A stretch of 64,000 nucleotides of DNA from contig CAWANH010000028.1 in the NCBI GenBank assembly GCA_963783375.1, forward strand, positions 960,001-1,024,000, read 5' to 3'. The DNA comes from Candidatus Eiseniibacteriota bacterium. Its GTDB lineage: Bacteria > Eisenbacteria > RBG-16-71-46 > JABDJR01. The position numbers and the translations under genes were made by a program. Of this stretch, positions 45,155 to 54,942 are shown one piece after another; within the stretch, counting starts at the first letter, position 1; each line of letters starts with the position of its first letter. The notes beneath the pieces were generated by a model that did not search any database, was not told where the DNA came from, and saw only the letters and a program-made list of their open reading frames with translations.

Positions 45155-45189
45155 TCCCGGCGCTCCTCAGGGGGCGCCGGGATTTTTTT
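45155..45189 (+). terminator. Rho-independent terminator
   Basis: TCCCGGCGCTCC-TCAG-GGGGCGCCGGGA followed by T7. Confidence 0.88.
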
Positions 45190-45272
45190 GGGTCCGGCCG
45201 GGGGGCCGGGCGGCATATGATTCGACTCCCGCCGGTATCCCGGGCGGTTCCGATCCCAGTCCGAGGAGATCG

Positions 45273-46070
45273 ATGAAGGCGTTCCTGCGTTCGTGGCGGT
45301 TCAACGTCCTGCTCTTCGTCCTGACCTGCGCCAGCACCACCCTGGTGGGGGGGCCGGCCTACGCCGCCGTGCTCATGTCCATCCTCTTCTGTCACGAGAT
45401 GGGGCACTACCTCCAGGCCCGCCGCTACCGGGTCCCCGCCACCCTTCCCTACTTCATCCCCATTCCCCTCCCCCCGTTCGGGACCATGGGGGCGGTGATC
45501 CGGATGAACAACCTGGGGGCGGACCGGAAGGTGCTCTTCGACATCGGGGTGACCGGCCCCCTGGCCGGGCTCCTGATCGCCCTTCCCGCCACGTTCTGGG
45601 GGCTGGCCCACTCCCAGGTGGTGGCCGTCGCCGGCCTCACCGGCCCGAACATCCAGCTCGGCGACTCGCTCCTCTTCGCGGCCCTGTCGCGGCTGGTGGT
45701 GGGGCCGCTTCCCCCCGGCTACGACGTACTTCTCCACCCCATCGCCTTCGCGGGCTGGGCGGGCCTCTTCGTGACCGCCCTGAACCTGCTGCCCATCGGG
45801 CAGCTCGACGGCGGCCACGTGCTCTACGCGTTGCTGGGAAAGAAGAGCCACCTGGTGGCCATCGCGGTGGCGCTGGGGTTCGTGGCCACCGCGATCTTCG
45901 TGAACCCGGCCTGGACGTTGATGGTGGTCCTGGTATTCCTGATCGGGCTCCGCCATCCCCCCACCGCGAACGACCGCGCGCCCCTCGGACGGGTGCGCCT
46001 CTGGCTGGGGATCGCGTCGCTGGCGTTCTTCGTGCTCTCGTTCACCCCGGATCCGCTCCGGGTTCGCTAA
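45273..46070 (+). CDS. Site-2 protease (M50 family)
   Basis: HEMGH, PYFIP...GTMGAVI, GPLAG, NLLPIGQLDGGH. Confidence 0.92.
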   Translation: MKAFLRSWRFNVLLFVLTCASTTLVGGPAYAAVLMSILFCHEMGHYLQARRYRVPATLPYFIPIPLPPFGTMGAVIRMNNLGADRKVLFDIGVTGPLAGLLIALPATFWGLAHSQVVAVAGLTGPNIQLGDSLLFAALSRLVVGPLPPGYDVLLHPIAFAGWAGLFVTALNLLPIGQLDGGHVLYALLGKKSHLVAIAVALGFVATAIFVNPAWTLMVVLVFLIGLRHPPTANDRAPLGRVRLWLGIASLAFFVLSFTPDPLRVR

Positions 46071-46105
46071 TCCGCGGCTCGCCGGGGGCCGCGGTCCGAG
46101 GCATC

Positions 46106-46336
46106 ATGATCTACCCGTACAACAACGCCACGCAGACTCGCTGGACCCGTGGCGAGTTCAAGGTTCAGCTCAACCTGCCCGACAATTCGCGGCCCATGGG
46201 GTTCTGCGACGGCAGTCCCGAGGATGTCGCCGAGCTCTTCTCGATCGCCGAGGCCGAGGGAGCCGGCGATGTGAAGATCCACAAGAAGTACCTCAAGAGC
46301 GGACGCGAGATCTGGACCCTTGGTGGATCGGGGTGA
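46106..46336 (+). CDS. Small hypothetical protein (76 aa)
   Basis: GAGG RBS; strong GC3 codon bias; globular-looking composition. Confidence 0.7.
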   Translation: MIYPYNNATQTRWTRGEFKVQLNLPDNSRPMGFCDGSPEDVAELFSIAEAEGAGDVKIHKKYLKSGREIWTLGGSG

Positions 46337-46337
46337 T

Positions 46338-46454
46338 GAACCCGGTTGCGTGCCGGGTGAAGCGTTGGATCAGGATGGGGCCGCCCTCACCGACGAGGGG
46401 TGGGCCTATGGAAGCTTCATGGGTTGCCCGGCAACCCGGCACGACCGGCGGTTC
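46338..46454. ncRNA. Highly structured intergenic element between convergent genes
   Basis: Closing stem CGTGCCGGGT/ACCCGGCACG plus GAACC/GGTTC; inner stems GAAGC/GCTTC and a long terminal hairpin. Confidence 0.4.
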
Positions 46455-46498
46455 CCGCCGTCGACCTTGGCGCCTGTTCCGGAGCGCCCGCGCCGAAA

Positions 46499-49435
46499 TC
46501 AGGCCGCCCGGCCCGAGGCCTCCTCGCCGCGCAACCAGGCCTGGTAGGTTCTCTCGGCGTGGCCGTCCCGCGGGAAGACCCGTTGATCGACATCCAGGGG
46601 TTCGGCGCCCGCCCGCCGCCGCCATTTCTCCGAGAGTCGGCGGCTGATGCCATCGGGATTCCGATCCACTTCGGGAGACAGGACGACGTACGTCCCCGAC
46701 CGGGCCTCGGCCACGAGATCCACGTCCCGCTTCTCCCGGAGGATGAAGTCCCGGAGGTCCACGGGATCCTCGTTCCCACCGGTTCTGAGCCGGAAGCGGG
46801 TCAGAGCGAAGGCGTGGCCGTAGCGCCGGGACCGGAGCCATTCCTGGTGAACGAGCGCCTCCAGTTCCTTCGATCCCATGGCCGTGCGGGGATTGGGGAC
46901 CACAGGGTTCCCGCCCGCGGGTTCCGGCGCCGTCGCGATGTCCTCGCCGCCCCCGGCGGAGCAGACTTCGCTGATCTTGACCAGCACCTCGAGGAGCACC
47001 TGTGCGGGGACCTGGGCGGGGGAACCCACGGTCTCGTCGGGGGAGAAGAAGAGCAGGAGGACCCCCTCTGCATCGCCGCTGGCCGAGACTCCCACGTAGG
47101 GGGCGGGGCCCCGAGGGGCCTTGGCGTCCCAGCCCGCGGCGTCGGATCCGCCGGCCACCGCCCCCCGGTCTTGCACCAGCTCCGAAAGCAGGTCCAGGCT
47201 GGCTCGCGCCTCGGCCAGCAGGTTGGCAGAGCGGGCGGTGTGGGGTTCGCTGGTCACCGGGCGGGCGCCGTGGGGGGGAACCCAGATCGCCGCCTCGCCG
47301 GCCAGGAGCTGAACCGCCAGCTCCAGGGCGGCCCGGGTCCGGAGCACGGGCGGCAGGGGCAGCAGCTGAGGCGATTGGTCCGACACCCGCATCTTGAGCT
47401 GGTAGAGGAGTTCCTGGGCGTCGACCCCCTCCTCGACGCCGATGATCTCCTCCACGTGTTCGACGAGTCGGGTGAGGAGATCCATGATCTTTTCGGGCGA
47501 GGTCCCGGCCAGGGGCACGTTCTCCAGCACCACGAGGGCATGGGGGCGGGTGCTCTGGATGGGAAGGCAGATCATGGCCGCCCGTTCCTCGCGGCCATCC
47601 TCCGCCACGCCCAGGAGTCGCGGCGTTCCCTCCCGCACCGCCCAGCCGAGGAACCCCTTGTCCAGGGGCTGGCTCTTGGGGTGCCAGACCGCGGTGCCCC
47701 GCGGCGGGGTCAGGAGTTCCAGGCGCCGCCCCAGAGGGTCCACCACGAAGAAGTGAACGAAGTCGGCGGCGAGAGCGGCCCCGAGGGCGTCGCCCACCGC
47801 GTGGATGCGGGAGGGGAGGCTCTCCTGGAGGGCCATCAGCCGGTCGACCTGGCGCTGCAGGGCTTCCTGCCGCTGGGCGCCGTCCAGGCGTCGGAGGTCC
47901 AGCGCCTTGAGAATCGCGCCCGAGGCCTCCTTGGCGAACCGGGTGAGAAGGGACAGCGCCTTGTCGTCCAGGGTGAATCCCTCGGAGTCCACGTTGACGT
48001 TCAAGACGCCGATGGGGCGCCCATCGCTCAGGATCGGAACGCTGGCCGACTCGCGGTAGGCCCGGCCTTCGACGTGATCGACGGACTCCGGCGCGTGCCC
48101 GCGGACGATGCGGGCGGTTCCGCTCGCGAAGACCTGGCCTGCCACCCCTTTGCCCACTTTGCGGCGGGTGTTGGCCACGACCTCCGTGGAAAGGCCCTGG
48201 GCCTCGGCGATCCGCAGGTTTTCGCCGTCCTCATCGAGAAGCATGATGCTCCCGGACTGGCCGTGAGTGGCCCGCACCGCGAGCTGGAGTATCTCCCGAA
48301 GCAGCCGGTCTTCGTTCTCGTCAAGCGCCAGGGCGCCCAGCCGCTCGCGGAGATCGGCGCCGAGAAGCGTGCCGGCATCGAAGGCCGGTCCGCTCGGGGC
48401 CTCCGCCGCCGGCTCCGCGCTCGCCGCCACCGCGGTCGAGTCCACCGACCGGCGCGCCTCTCCGGACGGGATCACCATTCTCGGCGTCCACTGCCGGCTG
48501 TCCCTCTTCCGGACCGGCCCGTCGTCGTCGGAGGTTTCCTCAGCCGGCCGGTTCGCGGCCAGCGCATCCGCGGGCCCGTCGTCGGCAAGGTCTTCCTCCA
48601 CCGGCCGATCCGCCGCGGCGTCATCCTCCACCTCCGGGTCGGAGAGATCGACCTCCGCGACCTCCGCGCTGACCGGGTTGAATGCGGGGGCGGTGTCCGC
48701 CGTCTCCGTAGACCCGAGCGTTTCCGCCGGGTCGTCTTCGGCGGGCGGATCGCCCATGGGTCGATCCGTCGCGACGACTTCCGTCGGGTCCGCTTCCGGG
48801 TCCGCTTTCACCGGATCGCGGCGTGGAATGAAGGTTATTTCGTCCACCGCTCCCGGCCAGCGATTCGAAGCCCACCCGCCGGCATCCGGCTCAACTTCCG
48901 CGCCGGCTTCCACCTTGTCCACGCCATGGCCCGCTTCGACCGTGGAATTCACATCCACCCCGGGATCCGGTGCGGGCTGGGCCGAGGCCTCGGCGGGCTC
49001 GGGGTCGGTCCAGATGCCGTCATCGAGGGGAGCGGTGAACCGTTCGGCGTCACCGGGCTTCTCGCTCCGCGGAGACGCGGGCATGTCGCTGATCCCAAGG
49101 TCCCGGAGGGCGTCGACCACCGGGACCACCTCGACCGGGGTTTCCTCCAGGATTTCCCGTACCGTGGCCAGGAGGCTCATCGGCCGCTGCCCCACGATCA
49201 CCCGATCGCAGGACAGGAGCGACAGCCGATTGGCCGCGTCGAGCACCGGAACCTGAAGGATCTCCGCCATGCGAACGGCGTAGGAGTCGTAGACCTGGCT
49301 CACCACCAGAACGACATCCCAGTCCGGCAGTTGGGTATAGTGGCTGAAGACATCGAGGGCCTCGTCGGGAAGCTCGATGAACCCGACGTTGCGCTTGCGG
49401 CCGGAAGGGGCCGAGGGATCCTGACGACTGGACAT
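46499..49435 (-). CDS. Multidomain signalling protein: Rossmann-like, acidic linker, GAF(s), degenerate GGDEF
   Basis: GAF GSIMLLDE...GKGVAGQV...SVPI...IGVLNV; C-terminal EWLRSRRYGHAFAL...RDVDLV...FPRDG without GGDEF; start 49435 or 49471. Confidence 0.75.
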   Translation of the reverse strand: MSSRQDPSAPSGRKRNVGFIELPDEALDVFSHYTQLPDWDVVLVVSQVYDSYAVRMAEILQVPVLDAANRLSLLSCDRVIVGQRPMSLLATVREILEETPVEVVPVVDALRDLGISDMPASPRSEKPGDAERFTAPLDDGIWTDPEPAEASAQPAPDPGVDVNSTVEAGHGVDKVEAGAEVEPDAGGWASNRWPGAVDEITFIPRRDPVKADPEADPTEVVATDRPMGDPPAEDDPAETLGSTETADTAPAFNPVSAEVAEVDLSDPEVEDDAAADRPVEEDLADDGPADALAANRPAEETSDDDGPVRKRDSRQWTPRMVIPSGEARRSVDSTAVAASAEPAAEAPSGPAFDAGTLLGADLRERLGALALDENEDRLLREILQLAVRATHGQSGSIMLLDEDGENLRIAEAQGLSTEVVANTRRKVGKGVAGQVFASGTARIVRGHAPESVDHVEGRAYRESASVPILSDGRPIGVLNVNVDSEGFTLDDKALSLLTRFAKEASGAILKALDLRRLDGAQRQEALQRQVDRLMALQESLPSRIHAVGDALGAALAADFVHFFVVDPLGRRLELLTPPRGTAVWHPKSQPLDKGFLGWAVREGTPRLLGVAEDGREERAAMICLPIQSTRPHALVVLENVPLAGTSPEKIMDLLTRLVEHVEEIIGVEEGVDAQELLYQLKMRVSDQSPQLLPLPPVLRTRAALELAVQLLAGEAAIWVPPHGARPVTSEPHTARSANLLAEARASLDLLSELVQDRGAVAGGSDAAGWDAKAPRGPAPYVGVSASGDAEGVLLLFFSPDETVGSPAQVPAQVLLEVLVKISEVCSAGGGEDIATAPEPAGGNPVVPNPRTAMGSKELEALVHQEWLRSRRYGHAFALTRFRLRTGGNEDPVDLRDFILREKRDVDLVAEARSGTYVVLSPEVDRNPDGISRRLSEKWRRRAGAEPLDVDQRVFPRDGHAERTYQAWLRGEEASGRAA

Positions 49436-49642
49436 GACGTGCTTTCCCAAAGGTCCGGTTGAGGTTTCCATGATGGAGGGTATCCTCCGTGTTCCCCTAT
49501 GCTTATCGGAAGGAGTCCGGGTGGGATTTGACTTTTTGTGGGTCCGGGTCCCCGGTTCATGGATGACGGTCCTCCCGCCGATGGTAGGAGAGACCCCCGG
49601 GACGGCCGGTGGTCTTATAACCTATTACAGGATAACGATTTG

Positions 49643-51112
49643 ATGTCAGAGAGCAGGGTGTTGAACCGGGTTTCGGCGGAGTCCCGCATCGCCCCGGAGA
49701 ACCGCATCTACGTGAACCGGAACCTCCGGATGGGGAGTGTGCGGGCGATCGGCTTCGATCTCGATCACACCCTGGCCCACTATCGGGGTCCGGCGGTGGA
49801 GGAGCTGGCCTACCGCCTGACCCGGACCCGGCTGGTGGAGCGGTTCGGCTATCCGGAGGAACTCCTCACCGTCCCCTATGACCGGCGGTTCGTGATCCGG
49901 GGCCTGGTGATCGACAAGCGGCGGGGCAACATCCTCAAGATGGACTATCACAACTACGTGGCCCGGGGGTATCACGGCCTCCGCCAGCTCCGGCCCGAGG
50001 AGCGGAAGACCTCCTACCGGTCCGGCCGGGTCCGTCTTTCCAGCGAAACCTACGTCACCGTGGACACCCTCTTCCACCTTCCCGAGGCGTACCTCTACGT
50101 CGTCCTGGTCGACATCCTGTCCCGGAAGGGGCGGGGCGAGCGCCGCCCCTACACCAGGATCTACGACGACGTGCGTGAGAGCATCGACTCGGTGCACGGA
50201 GACGGGAGCCTCAAGAAGGAGATCCTGGGGAACCTCGACAAGTTCATCCGCAAGGATCCCCGCCTCCGTATCGCCCTCGACGAGTTCCGGCGGACGGGGA
50301 AGAAGCTCTTTCTCCTCACCAACAGCGAGTACTACTACTCGAGCGCACTCCTCCGGTATCTCCTGACCGGAGGGGAAGGGGCCCGGGTCGAGGATTGGCG
50401 GGAGATGTTCGACCTCATCGTGGCGGACGCGGGAAAGCCGGCGTTCTTCACCGATCTCGACCGACCCTGGGCTTCGGCCCTCCCCTCCGACGCCGAGTCG
50501 CCGTCCCCGATCTTCCACGCCGGAAACGCGCGGCTCCTGGAGCGGGAGCTGGGATTCAGCGGGGACCAGGTCCTCTACTTCGGGGACCACACCTACGGCG
50601 ACATCCTCCGGAGCAAGAAGAGCCTCAACTGGCGGACGGCCATGGTGGTGGAGGAGCTGCGCGACGAGATGGAGGTCACCCGGCGGATCCAGCCCCAGAT
50701 CGAGGAGCTGAACCACTGGAAGGCGCTCCGCGGAGTCCTGGAGTCCGATGTTTCCGCCCTGGAGCTGGAGCTCCGCAAGCTCGAGCGGAAGCTCGAGGGT
50801 CTGGACGGGGACGAGGCGGCGGCGGCCAAGGTGAGAAAGCGCATGGAGGGCACCGAAGTGCGCCTCGGAGACCGAAACGCCGAGCTCAAGGACGTCAAAC
50901 GCGTGACCGCCGACCTCGGAGAGACGGTCAACAAGAGCTACAACCCCAACTGGGGGCCGCTATTCCGCGAGGGACAGGAGACCAGCCGGTTCGGCCACCA
51001 GGTCAAGGACTTCGCCTGCCTCTACATGACCCGGGTGAGCAACTTCCTCTACTACGACCTGAATCACTACTTTCGCTCCGCCTCGGAGCGGATGGCTCAC
51101 GAAACCGAGTAG
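49643..51112 (+). CDS. HAD-IG family 5'-nucleotidase (cN-II-like)
   Basis: RIYVNRNL, GFDLDHTLAHY, LFLLTNS, GKPAFF, GDHTYGDI, WRT..VVEEL; coiled-coil insert; start approximate. Confidence 0.9.
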   Translation: MSESRVLNRVSAESRIAPENRIYVNRNLRMGSVRAIGFDLDHTLAHYRGPAVEELAYRLTRTRLVERFGYPEELLTVPYDRRFVIRGLVIDKRRGNILKMDYHNYVARGYHGLRQLRPEERKTSYRSGRVRLSSETYVTVDTLFHLPEAYLYVVLVDILSRKGRGERRPYTRIYDDVRESIDSVHGDGSLKKEILGNLDKFIRKDPRLRIALDEFRRTGKKLFLLTNSEYYYSSALLRYLLTGGEGARVEDWREMFDLIVADAGKPAFFTDLDRPWASALPSDAESPSPIFHAGNARLLERELGFSGDQVLYFGDHTYGDILRSKKSLNWRTAMVVEELRDEMEVTRRIQPQIEELNHWKALRGVLESDVSALELELRKLERKLEGLDGDEAAAAKVRKRMEGTEVRLGDRNAELKDVKRVTADLGETVNKSYNPNWGPLFREGQETSRFGHQVKDFACLYMTRVSNFLYYDLNHYFRSASERMAHETE

Positions 51113-51139
51113 GGCTTCAGCGGGGGAGCGGGGGTTCGG

Positions 51140-51706
51140 TCAGCGGCGCCTGGACCGGGGGGCGGCCTTGACCGCCTCGGCCGAGGGCTGGGCGTCGCCG
51201 GCGATCTCGCGGGCCGACTGCCACACCGGGCGTGCCCCCAGGATGTCGCCCGCGCCGTTCACCACCGCCACGAAGTCCATTCCCGGACAGCGCCCTTCAT
51301 CGGCGTGGATGGTGAGGGAGCCGTTGGTCCGGATCTGAACCGGCTCCACCGCGGCCGGGGTGGAGAGAAACGCGGAGACCTCGGGGTCGAAGGCCCGTGA
51401 TCGCCAGCGGGCGGGGCTTCCATGATCGCGCAGGAAAGCGGCGAGGCGCGGCACGTCGTCGGCGTTCTTCAGGAACACCGCGAAGAGCGTGGTGTCCGCC
51501 TTGGCCAGCGAGCGGAGACGGCCGTTGAGGTCGGCCAGGAGCTGGGCCTGGGGTGGCGTTCCCGCCGGGGTGGGCCAGGAAACGTGTCGGAAGAGCACGC
51601 TGGGGGGACCGGGTTCCCAGTCGATCCGGCCCGCAGCCCCGGCCCCGGCCGGGGCGAGCACGGCCACGAGGCCGACCAGCGCAATCCATATTCGAACCTT
51701 CGACAT
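51140..51706 (-). CDS. Hypothetical exported protein (188 aa)
   Basis: GGGGGA RBS; signal peptide MSKVRIWIALVGLVAVLAPAGAGA. Confidence 0.65.
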   Translation of the reverse strand: MSKVRIWIALVGLVAVLAPAGAGAAGRIDWEPGPPSVLFRHVSWPTPAGTPPQAQLLADLNGRLRSLAKADTTLFAVFLKNADDVPRLAAFLRDHGSPARWRSRAFDPEVSAFLSTPAAVEPVQIRTNGSLTIHADEGRCPGMDFVAVVNGAGDILGARPVWQSAREIAGDAQPSAEAVKAAPRSRRR

Positions 51707-51757
51707 CCGGGATCCCCCCTGGAGATTGTCGGCAAGAGCCACTTCGCTCACCTGTAA

Positions 51758-51774
51758 AGCATAAGCGGTGCCAA
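51758..51774 (-). promoter_or_regulatory. Sigma54 (-24/-12) promoter
   Basis: Minus strand TTGGCACCGCTTATGCT: TGGCAC with GG-N10-GC, about 50 nt upstream of ATG 51706. Confidence 0.65.
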
Positions 51775-51984
51775 GAGCCAAGTGATTGTCTTTCAAGCGG
51801 ATTTGGCGGCTCGAGCAGCGAAACCGATGGATACCGGGGTATCTGGGTGGATACTTTCTAGCCGGCTGGTTCCGGCGCGAGGCGACCGAGCACCGAGTGT
51901 ATCATGCTCGATTCCGGAGTTTAAAGGTCCGGATGGTCGCCCTCCGGGGGTGCGCGCCGGGGGGATCGACAGCCGGACCGATCC

Positions 51985-52893
51985 TCAGCTCGCGGCCATC
52001 CCCCGCTCCGGCCGGGGGACGGACCGGATCGCGTCGAAGGAGTACAGGGCCAATCCGGCCCAGATGAAGGCGAAGCTCACCAGGTGGGCCCGGGTGAAGG
52101 CCTCGTCGTACACCGCCACCGCCAACAGGAACTGCCCGGTCGGCGCCAGGTACTGGAGGAGCCCCACCGTGGCGTAGCGAAGCCGCCGGGCAGCGTTGGC
52201 GAACCACAGGAGAGGGAGCGCGGTCACCGCGCCCGCGGCCACGAGGAGGAGGTCGGTGCCCCGGTCATGGTGCGCGAACACCAGGTGGCCGCTGGCCCCC
52301 AGATAGGCCAGGTAGGCCAGCGCGGCGGGGAGGAGCATCACGGTTTCGGCGGTGAGACCGGTCATGCCGTCGGCGGCCACGGTCTTCCGGAGGAGGCCGT
52401 AGAAGCCGAAGCTCCCGGCCAGAAGGAGCGCGATGGTGGGGGGCTCGCCGAGCCCGACGCTCAACCAGACCACCCCCACCAGCGCCAGGGCCACCGCCAC
52501 CACCTGGGGCCGGCGGAGCCGCTCGCGAAGGAAGACCGTCCCCAGGGCCACGTTCAGGAGCGGGTTCACGAAGTAGCCGAGGCTGGCCTGGAGCACGTGG
52601 CCGTGGTTTACCGCCCAGATGAACACGAACCAGTTCACCGCCACCAGGGACATGCTTCCCATGAGGGTGAGCCGGGTGCGGCGATTCCGGAGCGCGGCGC
52701 CGAGGTCCGCCCGGCGACCCAGGGCAAGCATCAGCACCACCAGGAGCGCGGCCGACCAGAGGACCCGATGGGCGAGGACCTCCAGGGCGGGAACGTGGCT
52801 CACCGCCTTGAAGTACACCGGCCCGAATCCCCACCAGAGATAGGCGGCCAGCCCGTAGGCCACCCCGGCCCGCTCCGGTCCGCGGGCGGTCAT
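51985..52893 (-). CDS. rarD: EamA/RarD family transporter
   Basis: AYLWWG..P.YFK, EVLAHRVLWS, ASLGYFVNPL, SFGFYGLLRK, GLLQYLAPT. Confidence 0.92.
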   Translation of the reverse strand: MTARGPERAGVAYGLAAYLWWGFGPVYFKAVSHVPALEVLAHRVLWSAALLVVLMLALGRRADLGAALRNRRTRLTLMGSMSLVAVNWFVFIWAVNHGHVLQASLGYFVNPLLNVALGTVFLRERLRRPQVVAVALALVGVVWLSVGLGEPPTIALLLAGSFGFYGLLRKTVAADGMTGLTAETVMLLPAALAYLAYLGASGHLVFAHHDRGTDLLLVAAGAVTALPLLWFANAARRLRYATVGLLQYLAPTGQFLLAVAVYDEAFTRAHLVSFAFIWAGLALYSFDAIRSVPRPERGMAAS

Positions 52894-53171
52894 CGGTCGG
52901 GCTCCTTCAGAGCGGCTCGTGGAAGGCGGGAGTCCATCGAAGCGGTTCTCTCCGGGAAGTCGGGGCTGGATGGGCGGCGCCGGCGCGATCGTGGGCGGAC
53001 GGCCGGTCCCGGTCTTCCGTGAGGGAGAGACCGGACGAAGCAGAGAGTTTACCCGGGTCGCGCGACCGGCGTCATCGGGCCCGTGGAGGCCGGTGACCGC
53101 CCGGTGGGCGGTTTGCTAGAGTGTTCGGGCGCCACGCCGGCGCGGGCACCGGGAACGACGAGGAGGATGTC

Positions 53172-54356
<1,185 letters not shown>

Positions 54357-54617
54357 GTCCGCCCGGCGAGGCCCCGGCGCGCGGCGGGCGGGGGCTTTCG
54401 CCCGGGGTGGCCCGGAGGGCTCGGCCCCGGCCCGGTCCGAGGGTTCTGTTAACCCATTGTAATTAAATGGCTTGAGTGGGCGCTGAGCCGGATCGAAACC
54501 CCCGCCCGGGGTCCTGCGTATGATGGGGTGAGCCGGTTTCGGACCGGGTCCATCGCGCCCACGGCGAGTTTCGTGGCCCCTCGCGAACGGTCCGGGCTCG
54601 GGAAAGGGGAGAGAACG

Positions 54618-54875
54618 ATGCTCGAGCTGTTGTTTCTGATCTTCGCGATCTTCTTCGGAGTCTTCATCCTGAAGCTCGTCTTCGGGCTCCTGGGGATCGT
54701 CTTCCACATCGCGCTCATCCCGCTCAAGCTCGTGGCCGGACTCGTGCTTTTCGTCCTCTTCCTCCCGTTCCTGCTCCTCCTCCTCCCGGTGGTGGCGGTG
54801 GCGGCCATCGGCCTCGGGGTGTTCCTGATCGTGGCCTTCGTGGCCGCGGTGGCGGGGATCTTCTCCGCGCTCTAG
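54618..54875 (+). CDS. Small, extremely hydrophobic membrane protein (85 aa)
   Basis: GGGGAG RBS; almost entirely L/F/I/V/A/G with repeated LKLV. Confidence 0.72.
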   Translation: MLELLFLIFAIFFGVFILKLVFGLLGIVFHIALIPLKLVAGLVLFVLFLPFLLLLLPVVAVAAIGLGVFLIVAFVAAVAGIFSAL

Positions 54876-54942
54876 GCCCGCGGCGGGGACCCGGGCGGTT
54901 GGGCCGCGCCTTGCGCACCGGCCAGCCGGCGCGCGACCGGCG

